Shown: positions 16,801 to 24,579, counted from the first letter of the stretch. The stretch: 26,817 bases of DNA from Promethearchaeota archaeon (GCA_014728035.1 WJMJ01000065.1:1-26817), one strand, 5' to 3'. Notes: generated by a model from the sequence alone, not told the origin. Made by a program: numbers and translations.

Positions 16801-18521
16801 TGTATATTCTGTATCATGGCAATGTGACGTTCTTCACGGATCCAAATGATCCTGATTCAGATGATGATGAATTAACGGATGGCGAGGAATATTTTGGCTG
16901 GAACTGGGCATTAGACCGCCGGGTCGTTCCAGGAGCTCAGAATATCACGGAATCACTCATTGAGGAAGATGATGAGTATCTTATCGATATTCTCTATGGA
17001 GCTCCTGACCCATATCGTGCACGTTTCCAAACAAATCCAGCACATCCTGATACAGATCTCGACGGGCTTCCAGATGGGCTCGAGAAATCAGTCGTTCTAT
17101 CGCCAGTTTCAAACGACACAGATGCAGATAGTTGGGTCGATGTTGATGAAATAGACTACCTGACGACTCGATTCTCGGACACGTGGGACAATGTTCCAGA
17201 TACCTGGCACTATCTTGACTACGATAAGGATGGAGTGAGTGACTTTGTTGAATTCCAAGAAGGAACCGATATGCTCATGCCAGATACAGATATGGACGGT
17301 CTCGATGATTGGACGGAATTGTTTGTACCAAGTTCAGTTGCAAATGAGTCATATCCCAACTTCGATCCAGATGTAGGTATTACTGTGACTACCAATACAT
17401 CTCTTCCTGCGAATACTAGATATACAAACCCAAATGAGCCAGACTCTGATTTCGATGGATTGAACGACTATTGGGAGATTCTCAATGGGACCAATCCACT
17501 TGACCCTGATACTGACAAGGACGGGGTTTCAGATTACGATGAGGTTGTGACATATCACGCATTTGAGGGTCTACAACAAATACGTGTCTCACTTGACCCC
17601 TTAAGCAATGACACCGATGCTGATGGAATTCTCGACAATGAAGAGATCATCATCTGCCTGGATCGAGAAACTGCAAGTGGTAATCCTGAGATGGGTCCGC
17701 TAGGTGATTTCGACAATGATGGGGTTATCAACATCCTAGATTACGACTCAGACGACGATGGTATCTATGATTCATTCGAGGTATACCACTATGATGATCC
17801 GTCACTTAGTTGGTATCCACTTGGTACTGACATGTTCGATGGCGACCAAGACTCGGATATGTGGCCTGATGGAATGGACACGGACTTTGATAATGATAGT
17901 CTATCGGATTATCACGAGCTTACTATGATCATTCCAGGATATACATACACATCATTGAATGATGAAAATACAACAGGAAGTAACTACTTCCACATTCTCA
18001 ATCATACACTTGTAGTTATTAGTGACACCGATGGCGATGGGTATAATGATGGCTGGGAGATCAACTGGGGTTCAGACCCGTTGAATCCACAAAACTTCCC
18101 ACAGACTTTCCGGTGGACAGCTCCTGAGTATGGATTCAATGTGAACTTCAGAACATCATCTGAGGTAAGCAATATAGGATTTAGCTCTGAAGAAGGTACG
18201 TTTGAGTTTGATGTATCTGGTCCGGATGGAACAATTGGATTCTGTAATGTATCTATTCCACGAGGTCTTCTGTTCGCACCTCAAGATGAATGGGTAGTCC
18301 TTCTCGATGATGATCCAATCGAGTTCGGAACAGTTCTTAATGATACAGCTACAGTGATTCACTTTGAGTATATGCATAGTGAACACCACATCACAATACA
18401 GGGTACTGATATTCTAGTTCCCGTAGGTGGGGTAGATCCAGTGATGTTGATTGCAGTTGGCTCGATTGCAGGGGTAGTCATTGTGGTTCTATTGCTGTTC
18501 ATAATGAAGAAAAGGAAATAG
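13803..18521 (+). CDS. Giant surface protein: signal peptide, caspase/CHAT-like (clan CD) His-Cys domain, beta-rich middle domain, thrombospondin type-3-like DxDxDG Ca-binding repeats, C-terminal TM anchor
   Basis: Likely start ATG 13803 (MKIRLIASLLILSLVLNPLIFAVTA); IIYVFHG...HVFQVCHS; dozens of DP...DTD.DGL.D..E units; ends in a TM followed by MKKRK. Confidence 0.88.
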   Translation: MKIRLIASLLILSLVLNPLIFAVTATPTFQLNSEMDLDNRASRMNNNGYTVRILYNQDDTTSVRSARNIEHQLTKSDLIVEMTPVTDSDSLVENMKDSQTIIYVFHGVHAGICIGNDILPWSEMNEYTTESVVEHHVFQVCHSSVLDGFSNRHNIHTLEGAVDTDIALLGALCSIYEIVDAAGPQYEKIADSLFETTSFYLLSNLNKIVQRSFNPQETLDGFYIDYGQDETDARGPWGWIVDVFMSLLLVTGFTSNDWFSSNSTHITVDEDKVNGGSTDRGSMEMEDMGNGDSETGEFPFDIPLDFDVDPRIGTGPWYLPDYVDLVFTITAEDGALDLAEVIGLKQIMKAAGYGVSLTLTPKLSATLRIGNFLQQMEDANPALDGNPFSFMGGSLSIELGFELGIPLATFLDYLIPGTGKTVTTIMDLLNMKVNLVNYLSLALGMSYNSTTEASQQDVTLKVGFGLDISLSLPSPASYIKDAIGISLPLDFIKLGVKLNAKTGILAQASFGHKGDSFTVGLFYKLYFKFYASLFWIFKFDITKNWDDNIPFVSIQSQGSSNPPTEDHANLDLDNDGLWDELERSIGLDPTQADTDNDLVKDGNELLNFFTDPLDNDTDDDGLTDYEELALFYAAGLDPLADYDNDGEPCIIDYDSDNDGLNDKQELKGMSSAYWMETIKTNPSLPDTDFDGFTDYEEWEFAGPALEQPHPDPRKKDSDNDGLLDQFEYDWYVNNYGVPFPVLNILNDDVDGEGLLDGEEYTYNTSPIDIDTDGDYDWNDDNVINSTEQAAAVNNGIYGDFTDYGEVNGNTWSQWPFGLDDCKPKNPTPTDPLSNDTDNDGVTDVAEYTAGTLPVANDHDGDGLYDVADFFTFNANCSEPDTDFDGIRDGDEVNYFNLTRGIMNETIASLHYLNDSDVDDDGVLDGHELRIGTDPLNNDTDGDFLLDGEELEIGSYPLIPDSDGDSLLDGIEVHDHNTDPLRQDTDNDGLDDATEVAEQSLYILYHGNVTFFTDPNDPDSDDDELTDGEEYFGWNWALDRRVVPGAQNITESLIEEDDEYLIDILYGAPDPYRARFQTNPAHPDTDLDGLPDGLEKSVVLSPVSNDTDADSWVDVDEIDYLTTRFSDTWDNVPDTWHYLDYDKDGVSDFVEFQEGTDMLMPDTDMDGLDDWTELFVPSSVANESYPNFDPDVGITVTTNTSLPANTRYTNPNEPDSDFDGLNDYWEILNGTNPLDPDTDKDGVSDYDEVVTYHAFEGLQQIRVSLDPLSNDTDADGILDNEEIIICLDRETASGNPEMGPLGDFDNDGVINILDYDSDDDGIYDSFEVYHYDDPSLSWYPLGTDMFDGDQDSDMWPDGMDTDFDNDSLSDYHELTMIIPGYTYTSLNDENTTGSNYFHILNHTLVVISDTDGDGYNDGWEINWGSDPLNPQNFPQTFRWTAPEYGFNVNFRTSSEVSNIGFSSEEGTFEFDVSGPDGTIGFCNVSIPRGLLFAPQDEWVVLLDDDPIEFGTVLNDTATVIHFEYMHSEHHITIQGTDILVPVGGVDPVMLIAVGSIAGVVIVVLLLFIMKKRK
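15507..18100 (+). repeat. Array of TSP3-like (DxDxDGxxDxxE) calcium-binding repeats
   Basis: DLDNDGLWDELE, DTDNDLVKDGNE, DTDDDGLTDYEE, DSDNDGLNDKQE ... DTDGDGYNDGWE. Confidence 0.9.
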
Positions 18522-18536
18522 CAGAAAGAAGACAGG

Positions 18537-18567
18537 TGAGCTGGAGGAATAACAACTCCCCAGCTCA
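18537..18567. terminator. Hairpin between the convergent 3' ends of the giant surface gene and the OYE pseudogene fragment
   Basis: TGAGCTGG...CCAGCTCA, an 8-bp inverted repeat. Confidence 0.45.
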
Positions 18568-18571
18568 TCAA

Positions 18572-18823
18572 CTACTCAAAATGACCGTGAAGAATGTCAG
18601 TTCCAAAAATCTCATGCATCACACAGGCATTGCACCGGATACACGAGAGCAGGGGGTGTTAAACCCGTTTCCTTTCGAATCTCAGCAGCAGGACCTGAAT
18701 ATACCAATTCCTCAAGTAGAGGGTGACTGTGTTCTGCTAATGTTGAGACCAATCCTGTGGAATACCACCACTGAGTCCTATCGAGTCAATCGCTCTAGAT
18801 GAAAGGGTCATTTCAATGATCTT
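18572..18823 (-). pseudogene. 3' half of a degenerate OYE-family NADH:flavin oxidoreductase paralog
   Basis: Translates across frameshifts as KIIEMTLSSRAIDSIGLSGGIPQDWSQH / AEHSHPLLEELVYSGPAAEIRKETGLTPPALV / CIRCNACVMHEIFGTDILHGHFE*. This matches the C-terminus of 20374-21444 with a ~45-codon deletion. Confidence 0.9.
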
Positions 18824-18894
18824 CTAAAAAGATAGCATCCATATAATCTTAATATCCTTCTTTTTAGTTCATAAAGAAAATGGATGTGTGCTAA

Positions 18895-19134
18895 ATGCCT
18901 ATGAGAAGAACAGATTATGATTACATTCCGATACTGAAAGCAGCAAGTATACAAGAAGACATGATTAGAAAGATTGCAAGTAATATGGATTCTATTGAAT
19001 CCAAGTTGGACCAGAGCCAAATGGAGAAAGTTGTTAAGAAACTAGTTGACTCTAGCAAATTCAGAGAAGATTTCATCAGAGACCCGACAGCGGCTGTCAA
19101 GAGTATTATCACTCGATTTCCACCAGTTCCATAA
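18895..19134 (+). CDS. 79-aa protein with a nitrile-hydratase-leader-peptide (NHLP clan)-like segment
   Basis: MEKVVKKLVDSSKFREDFIRDPTAAVKS resembles the NHLP-clan pattern E.(I/V)....V.D..FR..(F/L)..DP..A; clean ATG-to-TAA ORF preceded by AT-rich promoter-like sequence. Confidence 0.65.
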   Translation: MPMRRTDYDYIPILKAASIQEDMIRKIASNMDSIESKLDQSQMEKVVKKLVDSSKFREDFIRDPTAAVKSIITRFPPVP

Positions 19135-19299
19135 TCGCAGGTATCTCATGTTAGCAACTTCCTCTGTGGAAGAAGAAAACCTTAGACTTCCGCTATAGAC
19201 TCACACTCGATTGATTTTATCCGGAAATGAACAATCTGCAAATGCTCTTGAAGTGGAAAGACAATAGAATTGATTCTCGTTTTTGAAAAAACACATATT

Positions 19300-19656
19300 T
19301 CATACTAGCATTGCCTTTACTTCGCGGTATAATTGGAAAGTTCCCACGACAATGAAGCTGCTAAAAACAACAAAACCAATTGCCAATAGCTGAGGAATAT
19401 CTCCTTCAATCATTAACAAAACAGCGAGTAACAATTCACTATATCCACTCAAGAAAAGAACTGGAATCCCAAGAAAACCTAATTCGGGATGGATCAACAG
19501 ATAATTGGGTAGGTTTATTAAATCTTCACCAGTTTCATGTTTTCCAAGTCGATTCTTAATTCTATCCTTTGATAATAACGCTAGAAGAATAGAGAGTGGC
19601 CCTACAATAAAGAGAACCAATATGAATATTGTACTGATTTCAATCGGTTTTTGCAT
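19300..19656 (-). CDS. Small 3-TM membrane protein of unknown function
   Basis: Three hydrophobic segments with a basic loop; GTGAAGG upstream of the ATG. Confidence 0.7.
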   Translation of the reverse strand: MQKPIEISTIFILVLFIVGPLSILLALLSKDRIKNRLGKHETGEDLINLPNYLLIHPELGFLGIPVLFLSGYSELLLAVLLMIEGDIPQLLAIGFVVFSSFIVVGTFQLYREVKAMLV

Positions 19657-19711
19657 GAGATTATTTCCTTCACACTATTATTCTGAAGCCTCATGAGCAT
19701 CAGGATTCAGA

Positions 19712-20080
19712 ATGGCAGTCAAAGATGCAAAGGAGGTAAATCACGAACCTAACAAATAGATATGAGATTCAATGTGTCGTTGTGTTTGGAAGTGCAGCTA
19801 AGAGCGGCTGGAACTATCGTAGTGATATTGATTTGCTTATTGTAAGTGATGATATGGGCTCAGATTGGTATGAACGTAATTTAGCAGCGCAAAAACTATC
19901 ACGGGGGAAGATCCAATCATTTGTTGTTCCTCTTGATGAGTTTCGTCTTGCTACACAACAACGAAGGTACTTGATTTGGGAAGCCCTTTATGATGGTGTT
20001 CCTATTGTCGACAATGGGATTTTTACAGAAGCTCAAAAGCTCTTTCTGGAATGGGTTGCAGTCAGCTACTGGAAACTTGG
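19712..20080 (+). pseudogene. Minimal nucleotidyltransferase (MNT, Pol-beta superfamily), apparently frameshifted at the 5' end and disrupted at the 3' end
   Basis: VVVFGS.A.......SDIDLLIVSD catalytic motif and ...EALYDGVPIVD.G.F. ATG 19712 (MAVKDAKEV) joins ITNLTNRYEIQCVVVFGS only by skipping 1 nt near 19739. Family-like sequence fades near 20075 and the frame runs on to 20231. Confidence 0.7.
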
Positions 20081-20227
20081 ACATTGTGGGACAGGAACTG
20101 ATAGGAGTCTATATGGGATGATACAGGATGAAGGTCTGGTCACCAGACACACATTCCCTGACCAGGACCGAGCCAGTTCCAGTACCGTTTCTGGACGGAC
20201 AAAGCTCGGGTGTCCAAGTTTGTCCAA
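20073..20227. repeat. ~150-bp element bounded by inverted repeats, with internal palindromes
   Basis: AAACTTGGACA (20073-20083) and TGTCCAAGTTT (20211-20221) form a perfect 11-bp inverted repeat; GTCTGGT-C-ACCAGAC at 20134-20148; CCGAGC/GCTCGG at 20168-20209. Confidence 0.6.
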
Positions 20228-20373
20228 CTAAAAATGAACGGTGAAAGTGGGCTATCTCGATAAACGAGAAAAAGGATGGAGAATTCACGACAGTGAGATT
20301 CTTGAAAACCCTTTAATCTCCTAATTTTTACTTAGAACAGAAGCCTTGTATATTGCAAAACAAACGTAGTTGT

Positions 20374-21444
20374 ATGAAAGATTTGTACGACAAACTAAAA
20401 GTGGGAAATCGTGAGCTTCCTAATAGGCTCATGCGGAGCGCTTCAGCGACACTATATGCTGATGAAGATGGAATCGTTCGTGAGGAAACGGTCAAGCTCT
20501 ATGAGGAGTTAGCTAAGGGTCATGTTGGTCTTATTGTAAAAGGACATCTCTATGTTACTGATGACGGTATCTCAAATCCCGGACAATATGGAATAAGCGA
20601 TGATAAACACATTCCAGGTCTCAAAAGGATTACAGAAGCAGTTCATCAGCATGATGGAATCATTATTGCTCAGCTGAATCATGGTGGTCATAGAGCAAAA
20701 GCACATGTTGCACCAAGTTATCTTGAAGCAGAAAACCTCGAAGCAAGAGAACTCTCTGCAGAGGAGATAGCAGATTTAGTCAGTGCATATGGAAAAGCTG
20801 CAGAACGAGCAATAAAGGCAGGATTCGACGGGGTACAGATCCATCTAGCTCATGGATTTTTGGTTAATCTCTTTCTCTCAGCAAATACCAACCAGCGGGA
20901 AGACAAGTATGGGGGCACTGTAGAACAACGCATGCAGTTTGTCATTGAGATTTATGATGAGATTCGTGAACGAATTGGTGACAAGATTGTAGCCATCAAG
21001 ATGAATTGTGATGATTTCGTGGAAGGTGGAAATACTGTTGATGAAGCTAAGCTGATTGCTCAAATTCTCTCTAAGAGAGGTGTAGATCTTATCGAACTAA
21101 GTGGAGGCGGAGTCCCCCAAGACCGTTCCTTGCACGATAGAGCAAAGCATTCAGACCCAATCCTTGATGAAGTAGTCTATGCAGGACACGCAGCTGAGAT
21201 TCGAAAAGTAACAGGTTCAACACCACTCGCATTGGTAAACGGATTTGCAACTCGAAAAGCGATGGACAGAGTTCTTGAGCTTGATATCGCAGATATAATC
21301 AGTATGAGTAGACCATTCATCAGAGAACCAGATCTATCAATTAAGCTGAAAGAGGGTCAAGAAGTCGTGGCTTGTACCCGATGTAATGCTTGTGTAATGC
21401 CAGAGAATTTTGGAACTGACATTGTGCATTGTCATGTGAATTAG
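20374..21444 (+). CDS. NADH:flavin oxidoreductase (Old Yellow Enzyme family) with a C-terminal Cys cluster
   Basis: L.NRLMRSA, QLNHGG, A.RA.KAGFDGVQIH.AHG...FLS...N.R.D.YGG, SRPFIREPDL, CTRCNAC...C; probable start ATG 20374. Confidence 0.95.
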   Translation: MKDLYDKLKVGNRELPNRLMRSASATLYADEDGIVREETVKLYEELAKGHVGLIVKGHLYVTDDGISNPGQYGISDDKHIPGLKRITEAVHQHDGIIIAQLNHGGHRAKAHVAPSYLEAENLEARELSAEEIADLVSAYGKAAERAIKAGFDGVQIHLAHGFLVNLFLSANTNQREDKYGGTVEQRMQFVIEIYDEIRERIGDKIVAIKMNCDDFVEGGNTVDEAKLIAQILSKRGVDLIELSGGGVPQDRSLHDRAKHSDPILDEVVYAGHAAEIRKVTGSTPLALVNGFATRKAMDRVLELDIADIISMSRPFIREPDLSIKLKEGQEVVACTRCNACVMPENFGTDIVHCHVN

Positions 21445-21457
21445 GATTTCTTTTGAG

Positions 21458-21485
21458 AAGAGAGGATTTGACATTCTCCTCTCTT
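21458..21485. terminator. Hairpin downstream of the OYE gene
   Basis: AAGAGAGGA-10nt-TCCTCTCTT, a 9-bp stem 13 nt after the stop. Confidence 0.55.
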
Positions 21486-21532
21486 TGTTATACTGTCAAC
21501 CAAAACCTAGAAGAAAATTTGAAATTCAACTC

Positions 21533-21602
21533 ACAGCAAATTTTTCTGTATCTTCTATTGTGTTCGAAAATCATTCAAAAAAAGTTCTGGATTTCGATTC
21601 AA
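21533..21602 (-). pseudogene. N-terminal remnant of a HEPN (DUF86/HepT-like) toxin
   Basis: TTG start overlaps the MNT stop (TTGA); reads MNRNPELFLNDF, then after a frameshift TIEDTEKFA, similar to the DUF86 start M.R....(Y/F)L.D....IE.IE.F. Confidence 0.55.
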
Positions 21603-21748
21603 ATTGTTACAACCTCATTCAGTATCTTCTCTCTGAGCTTAGATCGTAATCCTCTCTCTGAAACAATAGCTACTTCTATATCCAATAGTTCTTCCAAATA
21701 TCTTTCTAGACCTACTAAATCTAATAATGTGACACCATCATCAAATGA
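21599..21748 (-). pseudogene. C-terminal half of a MntA-like (COG1669-type) minimal nucleotidyltransferase antitoxin
   Basis: SFDDGVTLLDLVGLERYLEELLDIEVAIVSERGLRSKLREKILNEVVTI*; the N-terminal GS/DxD half is absent. Confidence 0.8.
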
Positions 21749-21871
21749 TGTATATATGAAATGGGTAGAACTCGATAAGACACTGAAATTTTCTCCTAAG
21801 GATATTAGAGGTTTCTTAGTAGCGAAACAGATTTTTTAGGATGAAATATATCGGTTTCATAGGTATTTGCA

Positions 21872-22660
21872 ATGGTTGATGTTTCAATAAAGGACCGAAG
21901 GAAGTATCTTTCTGAAGCTACAAGAATTGCAGTTGTAGCTGGAGAGATAACATTGAAGTATTTTCTGTCGTCTCCCGAAATCGAAATTAAAGACGATATG
22001 ACTCCAGTTACAAAGGCAGACCGTCTAACTGAACGATACATCAGAGACGAGTTATTGAAGCATTTTCCAAAACACGGTCTTGTTGGGGAGGAATTTGGAA
22101 CACGAAAATCTGATTCACCATTTCGATGGCTAATTGATCCAATTGATGGAACCAAGTCATTCATTCATGGAGTACCACTCTATACAGTTCTCATATCGTT
22201 ACTATATGAAGAGGAACCAATACTGGGAGTTATTCATAATCCACCAAGTGGGGAGACCGTATCGGCTGCAATTGGTTTAGGATGTATACACGGTAAGGCA
22301 CATTGCAAAGTAGGAGATGTGACTGAACTATCTGAAGCTCGTGTTCAAGTTACCGACTATGCAGACCTTGTGACTTATCGACCTGAATTTTCTGAACAAC
22401 TACTCAGAACAGCAAAGTCTTGTCGCACATACGGAGATGCCTACGGATATCTTTTCGTTGCTTCTGGACGAGCGGACGTTATGATTGATCCGATTATGAA
22501 GCCCTGGGATATAGCACCATTAAAACCCATAATCACCGAGGCCGGTGGCGTCTTTTCTGACCTCGATGGAAATGATGAAGCACTTGGAACCTCAGCTCTT
22601 GCTGCAAACAAGGATTTGCATAAGCAGGTTCTCGATTTGGTCAAGGCGTGTGACAAATAA
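21872..22660 (+). CDS. hisN: Inositol monophosphatase family protein, histidinol-phosphatase (HisN)-like
   Basis: K.D.TPVT.AD...E..IR, GEEFG, WLIDPIDGTKSFIHGVPLY, GDAYGY..VASG..DVM.DP....WDIAPL..II.EAGG. Confidence 0.85.
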   Translation: MVDVSIKDRRKYLSEATRIAVVAGEITLKYFLSSPEIEIKDDMTPVTKADRLTERYIRDELLKHFPKHGLVGEEFGTRKSDSPFRWLIDPIDGTKSFIHGVPLYTVLISLLYEEEPILGVIHNPPSGETVSAAIGLGCIHGKAHCKVGDVTELSEARVQVTDYADLVTYRPEFSEQLLRTAKSCRTYGDAYGYLFVASGRADVMIDPIMKPWDIAPLKPIITEAGGVFSDLDGNDEALGTSALAANKDLHKQVLDLVKACDK

Positions 22661-22697
22661 CAGTCTAGCTTAAGTGTCAGTAAATTTATCCTAAGCT

Positions 22698-23771
22698 ATG
22701 ACTGGTCTTCAGACAGAACTATGTGATATACTAGGTATTGGACATCCTATCTTGCAAGGAGGGATGGGGCCGTATAAGACAGAATCTCTTGCCATTGCGG
22801 TGGCTAATGCTGGCTGTCTTGGTGTCATCAGTAGTATTGGAATGGCCGCAACTCTGCTCCCTGATGCAGCACCAGTAGATGCATTGAAACTATTTGGAAC
22901 GGACCCACCTAGAGTCATATTGCAAAAATCAATCGAGTCGGTCACCAAAGAGACCAAGTCCGATGCGGTATTTGGTGTTAATGTTCCAGTAGCTGCTGAA
23001 TTCCTTATTGCTTCAAAGATGTTTGTTGAAGAGGTAATTGAAGCGCGGCAGTCCAGTTCTGACGTTGAGAAAAAGTTGAGAGTCATTATAACCTCTGCTG
23101 GAAATCCTACCCGATGGTCTGAAGTTAAGAAACATGGCCTAATCTGGATTCATGTTGTTCCTTCAGTCTATCATGCGAAGAAGGCTGAAAAGGCAGGAGC
23201 TGATATTATTGTCGCATCCGGTCATGAAGGTGGAGCTCATATTTCATGGGAGCCGGTTCATTCTACAGTTCTAGTTCCTGCTGTGGCGAAGGCTGTTGAG
23301 ACCCCTGTTGTAGCTGCTGGTGGATTTTGTGATGGACGTTCTCTTGCAGCAGCACTGTGTTTTGGTGCTGTTGGAATTCAAATGGGAACTCGTTTTATTG
23401 CAACGAAAGAGAGTGATTTTGAATCCATTTGGAAAGACATGATTGTTGAAAAAGATGAGAGGGGGACTCTAACAGGTCGAGGTCTCTTTGGACCAATGCG
23501 GTTTCTGAGAAATACTAGGTCTGAAGAAATAGTTGAGCAGACACTTGCGGATGTTCCAAGGTTCTTTCTAGGTGACCCCGTAGAGTCTAATGAAAAGATA
23601 TTGGAATTGGAACGAACAGGATTTGACGAACTCCTCAAAGGCAATCGTGACCTAGCTCTCATGTTCTCGGGGGAGTGTGCTGGGAGAATATCAAACATAC
23701 CTTCAGTGAGTCAGGTTGTGGATGATATCATTAGTGAAGCACAAGCAGTCTTCGAATCACTTACAAAATAA
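22698..23771 (+). CDS. Nitronate monooxygenase / enoyl-ACP reductase FabK-like flavoprotein
   Basis: HPILQGGMG, LA.AVANAG.LG, TSAGNP, A.KAE.AGAD..VA.G.EGGAH, PVVAAGGF.DGR...AAL..GA.G.QMGTRFIAT.E. Confidence 0.93.
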   Translation: MTGLQTELCDILGIGHPILQGGMGPYKTESLAIAVANAGCLGVISSIGMAATLLPDAAPVDALKLFGTDPPRVILQKSIESVTKETKSDAVFGVNVPVAAEFLIASKMFVEEVIEARQSSSDVEKKLRVIITSAGNPTRWSEVKKHGLIWIHVVPSVYHAKKAEKAGADIIVASGHEGGAHISWEPVHSTVLVPAVAKAVETPVVAAGGFCDGRSLAAALCFGAVGIQMGTRFIATKESDFESIWKDMIVEKDERGTLTGRGLFGPMRFLRNTRSEEIVEQTLADVPRFFLGDPVESNEKILELERTGFDELLKGNRDLALMFSGECAGRISNIPSVSQVVDDIISEAQAVFESLTK

Positions 23772-23797
23772 AAAAGTGAGCTCTGGTTTCCCAGAGC
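23768..23797 (-). terminator. Hairpin plus U-tract terminator between convergent genes
   Basis: GCTCTGG-TTTC-CCAGAGC at 23780-23797, flanked on the left by an A-run (a T-run on the minus strand). Confidence 0.65.
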
Positions 23798-23805
23798 CTG
23801 ATTAA

Positions 23806-24579
23806 TTAGAATTCTTCTTTTCTGAATCGCCATATTGCTATCAGAGTGAGAATGATGATTATCCCTAACGTGGCTATCATGTTTACTCCATATGGATAGA
23901 TCCAACTGTCCGGAGAAGGTGTATCCGCTTCAAAGGTACCACCAAAGAATGCAGCTGCTGTTAGCCATAGCCCAAATGGTGAGAATTCACCCAGAATTGC
24001 TGAAGGGCCCAGATTGAAAATAATGAACAGCATAACGAAACCTGGTGCCATTACTGGACCTTCCTCATCAAAGAAGGTACCGAGAGTGATTGTGAAGAAT
24101 GCAAGAAATATCACCCAGAGACCCATTGCAAGAATTCCTAGAAAGAATGTATTAGCTGGTAGTGGGGTTCCTGCTAGAGTGAATACAATAAACAGCACAA
24201 TCCCAGGCACTAAATTCATAGAGAAGAATAGTCCTACAGCGTTAGGTATCAATTTGGATAGGATGAATGAGACCCTTGATACCGGTTTAGATAATACCCA
24301 TGCGGCAGTTCCAAATCTTTTCTCATCGAGAATCTTTTCCTGTGTGATAATGATTGTTGCAATTGATGTAAAGATGGTGCTCATAATCACGAAGATGAAC
24401 ATTGCAGCTGGAGGATCTCCAAGGAACGGCAAAGCGAAGAAAGACGCAAGGGCTGTCCAGAGTAAAGCGTTTTGCCACCAATCGTTTGTAGCAAACCAGG
24501 CTCTGAATTCCTTTCTCATGAGATTGCCTAGACCCATCCTCCATCCTTGTTCTTCAACTTGTACCAGTGTTTCACTCAT
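23806..24579 (-). CDS. ABC-2 type exporter permease
   Basis: L.NL.RKE...W, I..EK..GTAAWVLSKPVSR..FILSK, about 6 TMs, ends F.KEEF; overlaps the ATPase gene by 8 nt. Confidence 0.92.
   Translation of the reverse strand: MSETLVQVEEQGWRMGLGNLMRKEFRAWFATNDWWQNALLWTALASFFALPFLGDPPAAMFIFVIMSTIFTSIATIIITQEKILDEKRFGTAAWVLSKPVSRVSFILSKLIPNAVGLFFSMNLVPGIVLFIVFTLAGTPLPANTFFLGILAMGLWVIFLAFFTITLGTFFDEEGPVMAPGFVMLFIIFNLGPSAILGEFSPFGLWLTAAAFFGGTFEADTPSPDSWIYPYGVNMIATLGIIIILTLIAIWRFRKEEF

Noticed and set aside
15507-18100. Repetitive GAT/GAC-rich DNA as a CRISPR array or tandem DNA repeat
   Set aside because: The repeats are protein-level (DxDxDG) with variable codons inside an open frame; there are no identical nucleotide repeats with spacers and no cas genes.
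18536-18802. 88-aa plus-strand ORF
   Set aside because: Shadow of the minus-strand OYE pseudogene fragment.
20081-20231. C-terminal 50 aa of the 149-aa ORF as a genuine MNT extension
   Set aside because: It coincides with the inverted-repeat element, has atypical composition and looks like read-through.
21429-21839. 136-aa plus-strand ORF
   Set aside because: Shadow of the minus-strand MNT-HEPN remnant; it also spans the OYE terminator hairpin.
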